Positions 30,302 through 46,062 of a stretch of 64,000 bases of DNA are shown piece after piece; within the stretch, counting starts at the first letter, position 1, and every line of letters starts with the position of its first letter. Origin of the DNA: the human T2T-CHM13v2.0 reference genome, Homo sapiens; assembly GCF_009914755.1 (NCBI RefSeq), contig NC_060928.1; one strand, given 5' to 3'. Position numbers and translations under genes: made by a program. Below the pieces are notes generated by a model, which was not told the origin of the DNA, made no database searches, and saw nothing but the letters and a program-made list of their open reading frames with translations.

Positions 30302-30605
30302 GCTGGGTGTGGTGGCTCGTGTCTATAATCCCAGCATTTTGGGAGGCCAAGACAGGCAGATTGCTTGAGCCCAGGAGTTCAAACCAACCTGGGCACCATG
30401 GCAAAACCCTGCCTCTACTAAAATTACAAAAAATTACCCAGGCATGGTGGCACACAGCTATAGTACCACCTACTTGGGAGGCTAAGGTGGGAGGATCGCT
30501 TGAGCCAGGGAGGCAGTGATTACAGTAAGCCGTGATTGCACCACTGCTCTCCAGCCTGGGTGACAAAGCGAGATTCTGTCTCAAAAACAAAACAAAACAA
30601 AAAAG
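30302..30605 (+). mobile_element. Alu (J-like)
   Basis: Dimer with (AAAAC)n tail. Confidence 0.93.
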
Positions 30606-30736
30606 ACTAATGTTTGTGAAACTAAATAAATTTTTCAAGTATTCTAATCTTATTAGTTTAAAACATGTGATTTCTTGGAAGGACTCCCTTGTAAGAAAAT
30701 CAACAGGAAGTATTTCATCACAAAGTATAACTTTGT

Positions 30737-31455
30737 TTTTTTGTGGGTTTTTTTTTAACTTTTATTTTAGGTTCAGGGGTATATGTAAAGGTTTGTTACA
30801 CAGGTAAACTTGTGTCACTGGGGTTTGTTGTACAGATTATTTCATCACCCAGGTATTAAGCCCAGTACCCAACGGTTATGTTTTCTGCTCCTGTTCCTCC
30901 TCCCACCCTCCACCCTCAGGTAGCCCCCAGTGTCTGTTGTTCCTTTCTTTGTGTTCCTGAGTTCCCATCATTTAGCTCCCACTTAGAAGTTAGAATATGT
31001 GATATTTGGTTTTCTGTTCCTGTGTTAGTTTGCTAAGAATAATAGCCTCCAGCTCCATCCATGTTCCTACAAAAGACATGATCTCATTCCTTTTTATGGT
31101 TGCATAGTATTCCATGGTGTGTATGTGCCATATTTTCTTTATCCAGTCTGTCATTGATGGGCATTTAGGTTGATTCCGTGTCTTTGCCATTGCGAACAGT
31201 GCTGCTGTGATCATTGACATCCATGTGTCTTTATGGTAGAATGATTTATATTCCTCTGGGTATATACCCAGTAATGGAATTGCTGGGTCAAATGGTAGTT
31301 CTGCAGTTAACTCTTTGAAGCATCACCGTACCGCTTTCCATAATGATTGAAATAATTTCCTCTCTCTCCAACAGTGTATAAGTGTTTCCTTTTCTCCAAA
31401 ATTTCATGAGCATCTTTTTTTTCTTGACTTTTTATTAATAGCCATTCTGACTGGT
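30737..31455 (-). mobile_element. L1PA (older, PA10-15-like) 3' fragment
   Basis: Minus-strand ORF2 C-terminus (AALFAMAKTRNQPKCPSMTDWIKK); TSD acaaa(g/t)tataac(t/g)ttgt at 30720-30736 and 31456-31472. Confidence 0.92.
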
Positions 31456-32301
31456 ACAAATTATAACGTTGTACCTTTGCAACTTTGGAATTGTTTATAT
31501 TAGCCACTTGTTTCAATTTTTTTCCTTGAAGCCTTTGATTAAAACACATAATAACCCACACCATCTCTTGGTACTGTCTGTGATGCCAGATTCACAGCAG
31601 CCCCTCCTATCCTTATCACTCTTCCTGGAACGTCCAGGTAGGGCTTTTGACAGAGGGTTGCATTCCTAGAGGCAATTAAGCTGCCTATCTGCCCCAGGAC
31701 AGTGGCGTTATTGTGGAGTCTCACAGATGCACTGCTCTAGGGGCTACTGCTTTGAGGATGGGGATCCATCTCCATGCTAAATCTCCCCACCCCCACCCCT
31801 AGTGAATGACGCCGTGTATAGACTTAGCGTTGAATGTCAAACAAGACAGTACTCTAAAAAACTGGATTTGGAAGCAAGATACCTAGTGTATTTCCTGGCT
31901 TAGCCACTATGAGATTTTCTTATCTTGGGTCATCCACTCCTTCTGTCTTTGCCTCTAATTTCTTTATGAGTGAGAGATTGCAGTGGGCCAGTAAGAGCAG
32001 CCTAGGCTTTGTGTCATCATGACCGACTTCTTACACTACCCTTGGTAGCTGTGTGCCTTAGGTGAGTCACTGCCATTTCCAAGCCCCAATGGCTTCACTT
32101 GTAAATGGAGCTAACATAGTCTGCCTCACACAGTTGCTGAGATATTTTTTCCACAGACTGCCCCACTCCTCCCTGCAAAATTAGTTGTTTTTTCATTGCT
32201 ATATCATCAGTACTAGGACAGTGCCTGGGGTATAGTTAGTACTCAATAGATACCTGTGAATGAATGAATGCAAGGCTATTCCCCCCAACATACATGGGCA
32301 T

Positions 32302-32357
<56 letters not shown>
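32302..32357. repeat. (CA)n microsatellite
   Basis: Long CA run with single interruptions, ~240 bp upstream of exon 22. Confidence 0.95.
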
Positions 32358-32567
32358 CCTCTACCTCACAGAACCTTGGAAAGAGTGAAACACTGTCTGG
32401 AAAGCATTTTGAGTTCTGCAGAAAAGACTGCCTTAAACATCTAAAGTTATGTTCCTAGTTATCTTCATATTTCTTCTCTCCCACACAAGTACTTAAATTT
32501 TAGTAGCAAAAGCAGTTAGTTGTCCCTGATCATCACTGAGTGGGCTGAGTATTTTGTTTTGTTGTGA

Positions 32568-32720
<153 letters not shown>

Positions 32721-33084
32721 TGACCAAAGCAGATGAAGCAAGGAATTGGCTTGATATTAACCCCTATTCATTTTTTCTATTTTTTCACTGAGTTCAGAAT
32801 GACTGGAATCAGTTATAGCTTCCAGCTGGTGTCAGTGTTAGCCAAGACCACATCAGCTAGGGAGGTCCTGGGTGGGAGGGTGGGGGAACTGTGTTGTTAA
32901 CTAAAGGAATCAGATGAGTTATAATAATGCCATAATTTAATGGCACAATAAATTTTTGGAATTTTTTTCTTTCATGTAGATTCTTTCTATAACTTAGATT
33001 TGTATGTGTTATGTGAAGGCTTTCCATATTTTTAGTTAATACATTCCAGATACATGTCTTAAAAACCCAAGATTGTGCTTCTAA

Positions 33085-33434
33085 TTTATTTTCTTTCTTT
33101 CTTTCTTTTCTTTTTCTTTTTCTCTGTCTTTTTTTTTTTTTTTTTTTTTTTTGGACAGGATCTTGCTCTGTTGCCCAGGCTGGAGTGCAGTAATCCAACC
33201 ACTCACTGCTCACTGCAGCCTCGAACTCCTGGGCTCAAACAATCCTCCCAGCTCAGCCTCCCAAATAGCTGGGACTACCGGCACACACCGCCACGCCCAG
33301 CTAATTTTTGTATTTTTTGTAGAGACAGAGTTTCACCATGTTTCCCAGGCTGGTCTCAAACTCTTGGGCTCAAGCAATCCACCTGCCCGGGCCTCTCAAA
33401 GTGCTGGAATTGCAGGCATGAGCCACTGCACTCA
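33085..33434 (-). mobile_element. Alu (J-like) with long T-rich tail
   Basis: Antisense dimer. Confidence 0.93.
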
Positions 33435-33532
33435 ATTTTCTTAATTTTCTTAATATTTCTTAATATTTCTTTTATTTTCTTAATATTTCTTTTCTCACAC
33501 ACATTTCAACTCCCCAAATTTCAGTAGCAAAA

Positions 33533-33656
33533 TAGTTGCCAGATTTAACAAATAAAAATATAGGATGCCTAGTTAAATTCATACTTATACTGAAAGTTCA
33601 AATTTAAATTCAAAATTAAATTTAACTGGGTTCTTTATTTTATCTGACAATCCTAG
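33533..33656. mobile_element. MER53-like palindromic MITE, internally deleted
   Basis: gttgccagatttaacaaataaaaatataggatgcctagttaaatt ... aatttaactggg...attttatctgacaatccta inverted termini. Confidence 0.8.
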
Positions 33657-34150
33657 ATATTTTCCGAAAAGCACAGAGGTTTGGGAAATTCAAGATGTTT
33701 CATAAATCATCCACTTCAGTAATTGATCTTGGAACACTAGAGGGCAGTCTTGAAACAGGCTACACATTCTTGAATCAGTTAAGGGAATTTCCATTTCTAG
33801 AAACCTGTCAGAGTTAAGGACTGATTCAGTGTGTGCTGTTGGCATTATTTGTGGTATATATTGTGGAAGAGACTGGAATACATGGCAGGTCCATGGAGGA
33901 TTGAATCCTTAGGGAAGAGCTATTACAGAGAGGTTATGGAGGAGCAAAGGCAATGTTTGGGGTCCTTCCCACATTATTACCCCTACTCCCCAGCTCCCAT
34001 CTCACAGTGAATTCCCAGAAAGTAGCTTTCCTGTAACTGTGCTTTTGACTACCAGGTGATCATCTTTTCCTACCTGTAATAGGCATTCAGTGTTTCCTTA
34101 TTTATTTATTTATTTTTTGGTTGGACTCAAGTATGGGGGAAAAAAATAGA

Positions 34151-34440
<290 letters not shown>

Positions 34441-36201
34441 GCATGAGAAAGAACATGAGTTCTAGCCTTACTCTCCCACCAGTTGGCTATCTAATCTTGA
34501 GCAATTCCTTTAACCTATGCAGACTTCTGCTCCCCACTCAGTACAAGGGGTTTGGATTAGATGATCTCTAAGATCCCTTCAGTCTTTATCAGTCTTTATC
34601 AATTCCACAAGTGTGTGATTCTAGGACTAAGCTCTAGAATGTGTTGGTTCTTTGAGGCCTCATGACTTTGCGAACTTCTAAATTACCCAGATGTCACTTG
34701 TCAGTCTACATGGTATTTCATTCAGGTTTTGAGTAGCAGGTTTAATTCATCTCATTAATTCATCATCATGGGAATGAAGGAGAAACACAATCTGTGTATG
34801 ACTATTAAAAAATCAAAAGCATTTGCTGCTGTCATGAGCAACTTGTTGGCTCAGAGCTATGTTGGGAGGCCTGGGGCTGCTGAGCTCAGTCCCCCACAGC
34901 CGTCATAACTGTCGTTGACAGCAACTGCTGCTGTAGATATCAGTGGGAGTGGGAGAGAGCTGAACGCTCAAACTAGAAGAAAGAGCAGAAACAAATGTAG
35001 TTCTATCAGCTCCTTTCCCCACCTCAGCCCAGAATTTCGGGACCTATGTTCTTCTGACAGAGAGGCACGAGGTTAGAAAATTTGCAGTGCAGAGGGTTGG
35101 ATTTTGACTTGAGACAGAAATAATGGGCATGTGTCTTTAAACAGTGGGTTGCGTGTTGATTTTGCAGTGTGTTGCTGCAGGAGATCATCAATGAGGAGGA
35201 GATGAAGCATGATTTGTATTATAAGAAAATGAAAATACATGTTCTGTGGATTCACACTTCCCTTACCAACATTTCCCTGCCTTCTGCCTAATTGACCCCA
35301 GTCATCATCCCTTTCTACACCTTTCTCAAAGGAAAATATGGGCAAAGAGATTGTTTTCTACTCCTCTTTCTGTTGTTTCTGAGTTGTGTGCTCCTTTCTG
35401 TGGAGCGCCCATTTCTGAACCAATGAAGCGTGATCGGCCAAAACCTTGGGGCAGTCCTTGCACTAGTTACTGATTGACAAGGAAGGACTTCACCAAATGA
35501 TGTCCTTTGTCCTGTTGTATGGGGTCACTTCTTTTCTTTCCTTGTAGCATGGATCTGTTTTAATATCTAATCTATCTAGAGTGAATGTGAGCCAGTGAAC
35601 TCTGGTCAGCCTGCATTGCAAGTGCCCAATCAATTTTTGATAATACAAATAATGACAAAAGTAATCATTTTGTTGACTGAAGAGAAATGTTGTTTTCTGT
35701 TCCTTCCTATTAAAATTCTAGGTCCCTAGGCTGTTCAACCAGCTTGCAAAATTGTCATTGCACTGGTAATTATTACTACCTTTAATGGCCCCAAATTACT
35801 CAGAACTTGGTAGCATGTTTAAATGAGTGTTATTAATGTGTGTGTGCGTGTGTGTGTATGAAAAGTTGTAGCACACACATATATTAGATATTATTTGCCT
35901 GGCCTATGGGCAGTTCTTAGAATACTTATGGATTCTTGGATTGCTTATGGTAAATCAGTGGCTCCAGGGATCCGTGACCTAAAAGCTGAGATTCCATAAT
36001 TAGAATAGATTCTTCAGTTAACATATTGGTGTGCCTAGTTGCTTTAAGACAAAGTAACACAAGGCTCCTCACTGAATGTTGAATCTCTCTTTAGATAGAA
36101 AGACTAACTTCACAGGGCCTTTCTTCTGACTTTCACTTTCCATAGGATGAACATCGTAAAGCCATAGACTTTGATTCAATGTACGTTGAGATAATTTGTG
36201 A

Positions 36202-36372
<171 letters not shown>

Positions 36373-38044
36373 TGACTGTTTTTCAATGAAAAGTCTCATT
36401 TAACCACACACACACACACAAACAAAATAACTAAATTGTATAAGCTATGTGAATAGCTGGGCTGTATTGAAATGCCATGGACCTGATTTGCACTGGAGTT
36501 CTATCTTATATGAGGTTACCACGTTCACTCAAAACTCTAGTCACAGGGCAGCCCGTGTTCTTGCACTTTGAGCAAGAACACAATGGATGACTCCTTGATT
36601 TGAATTGAGTTTTGGGGTCATTCTTAAGGTCCAGGATCTATACTGGTAGCTGTAGGTATAGTCCCAGTTAAGTTGTAAATGGCTCCAAGAAAACATGTTC
36701 CATGTTCAGCCCATCTAGTGGGAAGTGTTTCTGTAAATTTAAGTTGATCTGAGGATTGTCCTGGGGATTTCAGAGTATTCAGGTCTTATCAGGGGCATGA
36801 CCTTAGCCAGACGCCTGGCTGTCTGTGAAGTCCAGCCAAGCCACTTGTGGAGAGACCATAAAATCAACCCAGGTTCTCAGGAACTCAGTCTACTTCAGAT
36901 AGAAATGAACTCAGATACCCTTAAGAGTTGTATTATGATCAGCCTTTTGGTTTTGGGTCTCAGGTTGAGTTTTGTTTCACAGGCCAGAGGACATTGTTTC
37001 ACAGGCCTTTGTGTCGTGAGCCTTTGGAAAGGTTTAGAGAAACTTTTAGCCAACAAAAACAGCTCCTCTGCTAATGAAAGGAGCTAATGAAATATCAACT
37101 CCAATTGAATTTTCTATATTTTTCCTTCTTCAATGTGCTTATTATCATAACCTCCTCCTCAGATTTCTTTCTGGAAAGAACATAGGCTTCTTGTTTTGGA
37201 AAACTCACTCTAAATTCCCTTCTCATACCTATGTTGCCATGAAACCCCAAATACTGAATTCAGTACAACTTTATTACCTAATTTGAAGAAGGCCTGGATA
37301 TTTAAGGTACACTTAAAAATTGAATATGAAAACTACAATAAATAGTATAGTATTTTATATGGATCATTACTTTCCCCTGATAATGAAAAAATTCAGCATT
37401 TTCAAAAATTTGCTTCAGTGCTTATTGTTATTGGTAGCACTATTAAAAAGTAATGGAATATTTGTAGTTACTACTTTTCCTTGAGCAGCTAAAAGTGCAT
37501 AATTCTTACAATGGTAACCCACTATAGAGGCACATATAATGTAATTTTGCAAGCTAATAGCACAACGATTTTACAGGAATTTGGTTAAACTTAGAAAAGA
37601 ACTAAGGACTCATTACAGTTAGCTGAGTACTCAGGAATATATTAGAATGTCTCTTTTGCTGTTGTTTTTTTCCCCCCGCACTGTACTGCAAACAATTTGA
37701 CCCATTCTCTGTGGGCCACTCATATAACTATCTCCCAGCATGAGTGATCACATCCCCAATCATGTCCAGCTGTCTCATAAATGCCTGGGGTGAAAATGCG
37801 CATAGAGATTGGGGTGGGGGGAGATTGAGTGAGGAATGAAATAAAAGATCAAGTTTGGCTCTGAGCCAGTCTCTTCTCTGCTCCTGGAAAACTCATTACA
37901 ACACAATACTAGTGTAGTTCCATAAAACCATCTTCACTGAGCTCAGCTGACATCAGTTGACACAGGTTAAGTGCAGAGTACATGCTAGGGGCAGCTGACT
38001 ATGCCAGGGGAAAAGAAAAGAAATACACCTAAAATCTGAATTCA

Positions 38045-38380
<336 letters not shown>

Positions 38381-38554
38381 CCTGAGCTCTATCTACTCTC
38401 AAGTCATTTGTGGTCCAGATGGGGAGACAGAAGTACACAGTAAAAGCTAAAGAGCAATGTGTCAGGTTCTTTAAATCACCTCAACCAAGACTATTGTAAT
38501 TTTTTTAAAAAAATTTTAAGATGCCAACCAAGACTATTTTAATTTTTAAAAAAT

Positions 38555-38841
38555 TATTTTAAGTCAAGGTCCTACTCTGTCACTCAGGCTAAAGTACAGT
38601 GGCTTGGTCATGGCTCATTGCTGTCTTGGCCTCCCCAGGCTCAAGCAATCCTCCCACCTCAGCCTCCTAAGTAGCTGAGACCACAGGCATGCACTACCAT
38701 GCCCAGCTAGTTTTTTATTTTATGTAGAGATGGAGACTCCCTATGTTACCCAGGCTGGTCTTGAACTCTTGGGTGCAAGCCATCCTCCCACTTCAGCCTC
38801 TCAAAGTGCTGGAGTTACAAACATGAGCCCCTGCACTGGCC
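38555..38841 (-). mobile_element. Alu (J-like)
   Basis: Antisense dimer. Confidence 0.92.
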
Positions 38842-38869
38842 TATTTTAATTTTTTAAAAATTGGGCTCA

Positions 38870-39152
38870 GGGTGGGGTGTGGTGTCTCATACCTGTAATT
38901 CTAGCACTTTGTGAGGTTGAGGTGGGCGAATCGCTTGAGCCCAGGAGTTCAAAACCAGCCTGGCTAACATGGCAACCCTGTCTCTATAAAAAATACAAAA
39001 GTTAGCCGGGTAGTCCTAGCTACTCAGGAGGCTGAGGTGGAAGGATCACCTGAGCCTAGGAGGAAGAGGCTGTGGTGAGCTGTGACTGTGCCACTGCACA
39101 ATCTGCCTGGATGACAGAGTGAGATGCTTATCAAAAAAAAAAAGAGAAAAAA
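38870..39152 (+). mobile_element. Alu (J-like)
   Basis: Sense dimer ending ~140 bp before the last exon. Confidence 0.92.
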
Positions 39153-39229
39153 ATGTGTCTAGAGTAGTTTGAAAATGGGTTATCTTTGTGTCTCATTTTC
39201 AGGCCAGTTCTTCAACCACTACCGTTTAG

Positions 39230-39547
<318 letters not shown>

Positions 39548-40335
39548 AAACTGGAATTAAAAGGAAAGTCAAGAAGAATGAACTATGTCGATGCACAGTA
39601 TCTTTTCTTTCAAAAGTAGAGCAAAACTATAGGTTTTGGTTCCACAATCTCTACGACTAATCACCTACTCAATGCCTGGAGACAGATACGTAGTTGTGCT
39701 TTTGTTTGCTCTTTTAAGCAGTCTCACTGCAGTCTTATTTCCAAGTAAGAGTACTGGGAGAATCACTAGGTAACTTATTAGAAACCCAAATTGGGACAAC
39801 AGTGCTTTGTAAATTGTGTTGTCTTCAGCAGTCAATACAAATAGATTTTTGTTTTTGTTGTTCCTGCAGCCCCAGAAGAAATTAGGGGTTAAAGCAGACA
39901 GTCACACTGGTTTGGTCAGTTACAAAGTAATTTCTTTGATCTGGACAGAACATTTATATCAGTTTCATGAAATGATTGGAATATTACAATACCGTTAAGA
40001 TACAGTGTAGGCATTTAACTCCTCATTGGCGTGGTCCATGCTGATGATTTTGCAAAATGAGTTGTGATGAATCAATGAAAAATGTAATTTAGAAACTGAT
40101 TTCTTCAGAATTAGATGGCTTATTTTTTAAAATATTTGAATGAAAACATTTTATTTTTAAAATATTACACAGGAGGCTTCGGAGTTTCTTAGTCATTACT
40201 GTCCTTTTCCCCTACAGAATTTTCCCTCTTGGTGTGATTGCACAGAATTTGTATGTATTTTCAGTTACAAGATTGTAAGTAAATTGCCTGATTTGTTTTC
40301 ATTATAGACAACGATGAATTTCTTCTAATTATTTA

Positions 40336-40341
40336 AATAAA
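40336..40341 (+). terminator. Proximal poly(A) signal AATAAA
   Basis: AATAAA followed by CA dinucleotides and a T-rich downstream element (ttttattgt). Confidence 0.75.
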
Positions 40342-40454
40342 ATCACCAAAAACATAAACATTTTATTGTATGCCTGATTAAGTAGTTAATTATAGTCTAA
40401 GGCAGTACTAGAGTTGAACCAAAATGATTTGTCAAGCTTGCTGATGTTTCTGTT

Positions 40455-40802
40455 TTTCGTTTTTTTTTTTTTTCCGGAGAGAGGATAGGATCTCACTCTG
40501 TTATCCAGGCTGGAGTGTGCAATGGCACAATCATAGCTCAGTGCAGCCTCAAACTCCTGGGCTCAAGCAATCCTCCTGCCTCAGCCTCCCGAGTAACTAG
40601 GACCACAGGCACAGGCCACCATGCCTGGCTAAGGTTTTTATTTTTATTTTTTGTAGACATGGGGATCACACAATGTTGCCCAGGCTGGTCTTGAACTCCT
40701 GGCCTCAAGCAAGGTCGTGCTGGTAATTTTGCAAAATGAATTGTGATTGACTTTCAGCCTCCCAACGTATTAGATTATAGGCATTAGCCATGGTGCCCAG
40801 CC
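40455..40802 (-). mobile_element. Alu (J-like) in the EGF extended 3'UTR
   Basis: Antisense dimer with a non-Alu insert at about 40713-40752. Confidence 0.92.
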
Positions 40803-41034
40803 TTGTAACTTTTAAAAAAATTTTTTAATCTACAACTCTGTAGATTAAAATTTCACATGGTGTTCTAATTAAATATTTTTCTTGCAGCCAAGATATTGTT
40901 ACTACAGATAACACAACCTGATATGGTAACTTTAAATTTTGGGGGCTTTGAATCATTCAGTTTATGCATTAACTAGTCCCTTTGTTTATCTTTCATTTCT
41001 CAACCCCTTGTACTTTGGTGATACCAGACATCAG

Positions 41035-41040
41035 AATAAA
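41035..41040 (+). terminator. Second poly(A) signal AATAAA
   Basis: AATAAA with upstream TGTA and downstream tgttttc. Confidence 0.6.
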
Positions 41041-41836
41041 AAGAAATTGAAGTACCTGTTTTCAAATGGATACTTTATAGGAATTTTGGTAAAGATTTGG
41101 TGATGGGAGGATGACTTGAGGTTTGTGGATATTAGTTAATTATTCAGTATGATACCTCACCCAGCTAATTTAGATTTTTCTATATTCGGTTTTGCTTTCA
41201 TTGACAATATCCTGGAGGATCAGAAGACTTGTCTATTTCTGCTGAGTCACTGGCCTCAGAAAAATAATAACCATAATTTCCCCCAAGGTTTTCTTTACCT
41301 AAGTGTGAATATTTTTTCTTCCTCCAAAAGCTCACTTTTGGGTTTAGATTAAATTTTTGTATTTTAGCACCTTTTTCTTTTAGGGGTTCAATGATGACAA
41401 AAGAAATGACATGAGAACACGGCTACCCATAACATACCATTATCTTTGTACCAGAAAAATCCTTGTTTCCTTCTTAATGACTCTGGTACCTTAGAAACTG
41501 GGACCCTGCTAAGTCCTTGACTAGGCTATCTACCAGCTCCTGGTCGGATTAAAGAAAAAACACACTTTGTGTTTTTTAATCACCAAGGCACCCTGCAGAG
41601 ATATCTTCTTCTTGCAACTTCACATCTTTATCAGTAATGTCCTCTTTCCTTTAAAAATTCAAGTTTTAAGAACAGCATTTTCATGTAAAAACTTGATTTG
41701 TGTTTTTTCCAGACTGAATACTTTTCCTCCCTAACTCTCATCGTCTCATTGCGCGCAATGCCTGATTGAGCTTCTGTTTGACTAAATATCACCTACTATG
41801 TAAAAAATGAGCATATTGGCCTCTTTTCTAGCATCT

Positions 41837-41842
41837 AATAAA
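41837..41842 (+). terminator. Distal poly(A) signal AATAAA
   Basis: AATAAA, CA ~12 nt later, downstream tgtactcttttg, upstream TGTA. Confidence 0.65.
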
Positions 41843-42199
41843 GGCTTAATACACTGTACTCTTTTGAAACCATATGATTCCAGTCCAACTATTAGCCTTG
41901 ATTTCTAACTGATGTTCTTTTCATGAGAATAACTGATTATTGTGTGATCTTTGAAAATGTAATAGCAGCACTAAATTATAAATCCTTAAAAAACACACAT
42001 ACACATGCAACCAAAACCAACAAAAGGCTGAAAGAAACAGAAAATATCTAGTCAATTTAAGTAGCTGTGACAGGCAAGATTTTATGGTTTGCTTTGTTTT
42101 CTTTTACTTTTTATTTCCTCTTTATTCTTTAAGTCTTTACATGAGAAACCCTATTCCGCATTGGTTCATTCTGAAGCAGGAATTCCAAACTTTCCTGTT

Positions 42200-42832
42200 T
42201 GGAACTTGACAGGGTTTCTGTAGCTAGAGGCCATATGCTAGCAACAAGGAAAACACCAGGCTTTACATGCCTGGCAGCTTTCTACTTTGTGAACCAGGTA
42301 AGCTGTAACTGTTTCCCAGACTTTCATCCCTGCATATCGTTGGGATACAGTTGGTTACTGTGGTTAGATGCAGCAAAAGACAGATGCACAGGTGCCAGCT
42401 CATCCTCATTTTTGCTGGTGGTGGTTGCTGTCAGCCTGCGGATTGCCACCACTGTCCCTTCCTTAGTGTTTTCTAAATCTCTTTTTCCTGACTGTTGGCT
42501 CTGATGCACACTGATGATTCCAGGCCCACCACCAGACACAGACGCAGCATCCTTCCATAGATAGACTTTCCTGCCTGCTCCACTGGACGCTCCCTTCCAC
42601 TTGGGAAGTGGGGAGTGCTTGACTTCATGGGTTTCCCTGCCAACTCCAACCTGTCCATGCATCCCATTGCATCGGAGTGCCGATCAGTGACTTTGTTCTA
42701 ATCCTCCAAATCCCCTTCCTGTACCTTATTTTCCCAGCTCTTCTTGCAATTATGTAAGGTTCAATTTCTATAATAAATTACTTTTATTACATAGTACTCA
42801 ATGATTTGCTTCCTTGATTGAACTCTGATACA
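42200..42832 (+). mobile_element. ERVL solo LTR (LTR33-like)
   Basis: 3' end gtaaggttcaatttctataataaatt...catagtactc...gcttccttgattgaactctgataca is typical of LTR33-type LTRs; 5' boundary uncertain. Confidence 0.65.
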
Positions 42833-43555
42833 ACAGGCTAATTCAACCAAATATTCAAGGTACACATAATCCTCATATTATACAAATTCTTCTATATAAT
42901 AGAAAAAAGAACACTCCTCACCTCATTTTATGGAGTATTATCCTTATTTCTATAGTAGACAAGTATAGCACAAGAAAGAAAGATTACAGGTCAAACTCAA
43001 TTACAAATATAGATGCAAAAAGTCTAAACAAAATATTAAAAAATGGCCTTGGCAGCATATTGGAAAAATAACATTTCATGGCCAATTGGTAATTATGTAA
43101 TAAATGAAAGATTGGTTAAATATTTAAAATCATTGGTTATCATTCAATATAGGACCAAAGCAAAAGAGAAAAAAATAAAAGCAAATTTTGAATAGGGGCA
43201 GAAATAGTTTTCAATAAAATTCAACATGTATTCACAACAGAACTTCTTAGCAAAAATATAAAGAAAAGTTAAATTCCTTAACTTGATGAAATCTATCAAG
43301 TCTGCTACTCCCAGCAAACATAATGCTTAATAATGAAATATTGAGAGTATTCCCTTTAAGATCAGGACTAAGGATGCAACACTATCATCACTTCTTTTCA
43401 GTGAGACACCTATTCTAGGTATCTTAGATAGTAATCTGACAGCATGATAATATCCCAAAGCAGTGAGATTAGATTTTTAACATATGTAGGGACTTAAAAT
43501 TTTTAATTACACTCTATTTGCAGATGATATAGTTGTCCAGATAAAATGCAAAATA

Positions 43556-43911
<356 letters not shown>

Positions 43912-44052
43912 TCAATATATCTCAGGAATGCTTACTAGAAAATGTAGTTAAAATGTGTAAATTATAATAGTAATATAAATGTGAAGTAACCGTGAATAAA
44001 TCTAACAGGTGTCCAAGCCCATTATGCAGAAAATTACAAGTGGAAAGACATT

Positions 44053-44191
44053 GGCTGGGTGCAGTAGCTCACACCTGTAATACCAGCACTTTGGGAGCTT
44101 GAGGCAGGAGGATGACTTGAGCCCAGGAGTTTGAGACCAGCCTGGGCAATACAGTGAGCCCCTGTCTCTTGAAAAAAAAAAAAAAAAAAAA
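44053..44191 (+). mobile_element. Alu monomer (FLAM_C-like)
   Basis: Left monomer plus poly-A; TSD ggaaagacatt. Confidence 0.9.
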
Positions 44192-45170
44192 GGGAAAGAC
44201 ATTAAAGATTGAAAGATAGCCTAAAAGAAGATATACTAAGTTTATTAATAGGAAGTCTTAAGGTTATAAAGTCATTAATTCTCCCCAAACAGATAATTCA
44301 ATAATATTTTAATAAAAATCTCATGTTTTTTTCCATGAAACCTGGCAAACTAATTCTAAAATTTATATGAGAAGGTCTAGCTATGAACATCTAGATTTAT
44401 CAGAAACTTACTGCTAAGAATAATTAAGAAAACTGGATAAAAAAACAATCCATTTGAAGGCATCAGATAAATACTAAGGCAATGAGGATTCTAGGGGCTA
44501 AGATCTTAGAATGAGAAATGCAAAGAGATAAACCTGACACTCAGTGTCACTCTTTCTCTTCCAGCGTTTGCTAATTTGTAAACAGCAGGCTAAAAGAAGA
44601 ATACAGAGAATAGCAGTAACATGAGAAGTTGACTTGAGCTTTTGCCATTGTTATGAGGCTAGGAGACAAAAATCAGAATTTAAGACCTGCCAAAGAAGAA
44701 TGGCCCTGATGACCAACCCAAGGCTTCACATAAGATATTTGAAGACCTACATTGTAGGCCAAAGATCTAACTAGAAACAGTCCAGCCCTCACAAAGAAAC
44801 ACAAATTCAGAATATTCATTCCCTAATAGAATTAAAGTTATTTGACCCCATCTTTAATGTTGCTACAAGCAAAAGGTGAACTCTCTCTGAAGGAACATAA
44901 TGCCATTCAGAATCTCTGATTATGTCTTCAAATTTTTATATACAACATCTGGCATTCAATAAAAAATTTCCAGACAAGCCAGGGGATAAGACAATTAGCC
45001 AAAAACCAAGAGAAAAAAAAGGCCAAATAAGCAGACCTACAGGAGATTCAATTATTGAAGTTATCAAACATGGATTTTAAAATAACTTAGGTTTATATAT
45101 TGAAAAATACACAGAGTGAGAAAAAGAATTTCAGCAAGAATTGGGATCTTTAAAAATAATAAACTTGAAA

Positions 45171-45503
<333 letters not shown>

Positions 45504-45568
45504 TTAAATGGGTTTAACAGCAGATTAAACACAGCTGAAAAAGAATTAATGAACTAGAAAATAGATCA

Positions 45569-45705
45569 GCCAGGCATGGTGAAGCACACTGTAGTCCCAG
45601 CTGCTCAGGAGGCTGAGGCTGGAGAATCGCTTGAGCCCAAAAGTTTAAGACCAACCTGGGCAATATAGTGACATAGTGTGTGTGACTTCATCTAAAAAAA
45701 AAAAA
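45569..45705 (+). mobile_element. Alu monomer (FLAM_A-like)
   Basis: Perfect TSD agaaaatagatca at 45556-45568 and 45706-45718. Confidence 0.85.
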
Positions 45706-46062
45706 AGAAAATAGATCAATAGAAAACATCCATACTGAAGCATAAAGAGCAATAAAAAAGAATAGAAAGTACAGAAAAAGCATAAGAACATAAAAAACTT
45801 CTAACATGTTTTTTAATTGTAGAAGGACAGAAGCAAGACTGGGGTAAAAGCAATATTTGAAGAGATCATATGTGAAAACATTATAATAATGAAAAATAAT
45901 AAGAAACACTACAAAGCCAAACAATAAATACAAATCAACCATAATTACAATTTTTTAAATTTTTAAAGCAGTCAGAAATAAGAAACTTTATTTTCAAATG
46001 AACAAGATGGTGAGATAATTTATCCATGGAATTTATGAATGCCAGCAGAAAATATAATAATT

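Larger units (their letters stand above)
39548..41860 (+). other. EGF: EGF 3'UTR (longest plausible form)
   Basis: AT-rich sequence after the stop, up to ~20 nt past the third AATAAA; 3' end inferred. Confidence 0.75.

Noticed and set aside
33533-33656. Long hairpin suggesting a miRNA precursor
   Set aside because: Explained by the palindromic MER53 MITE; no expression evidence available from sequence
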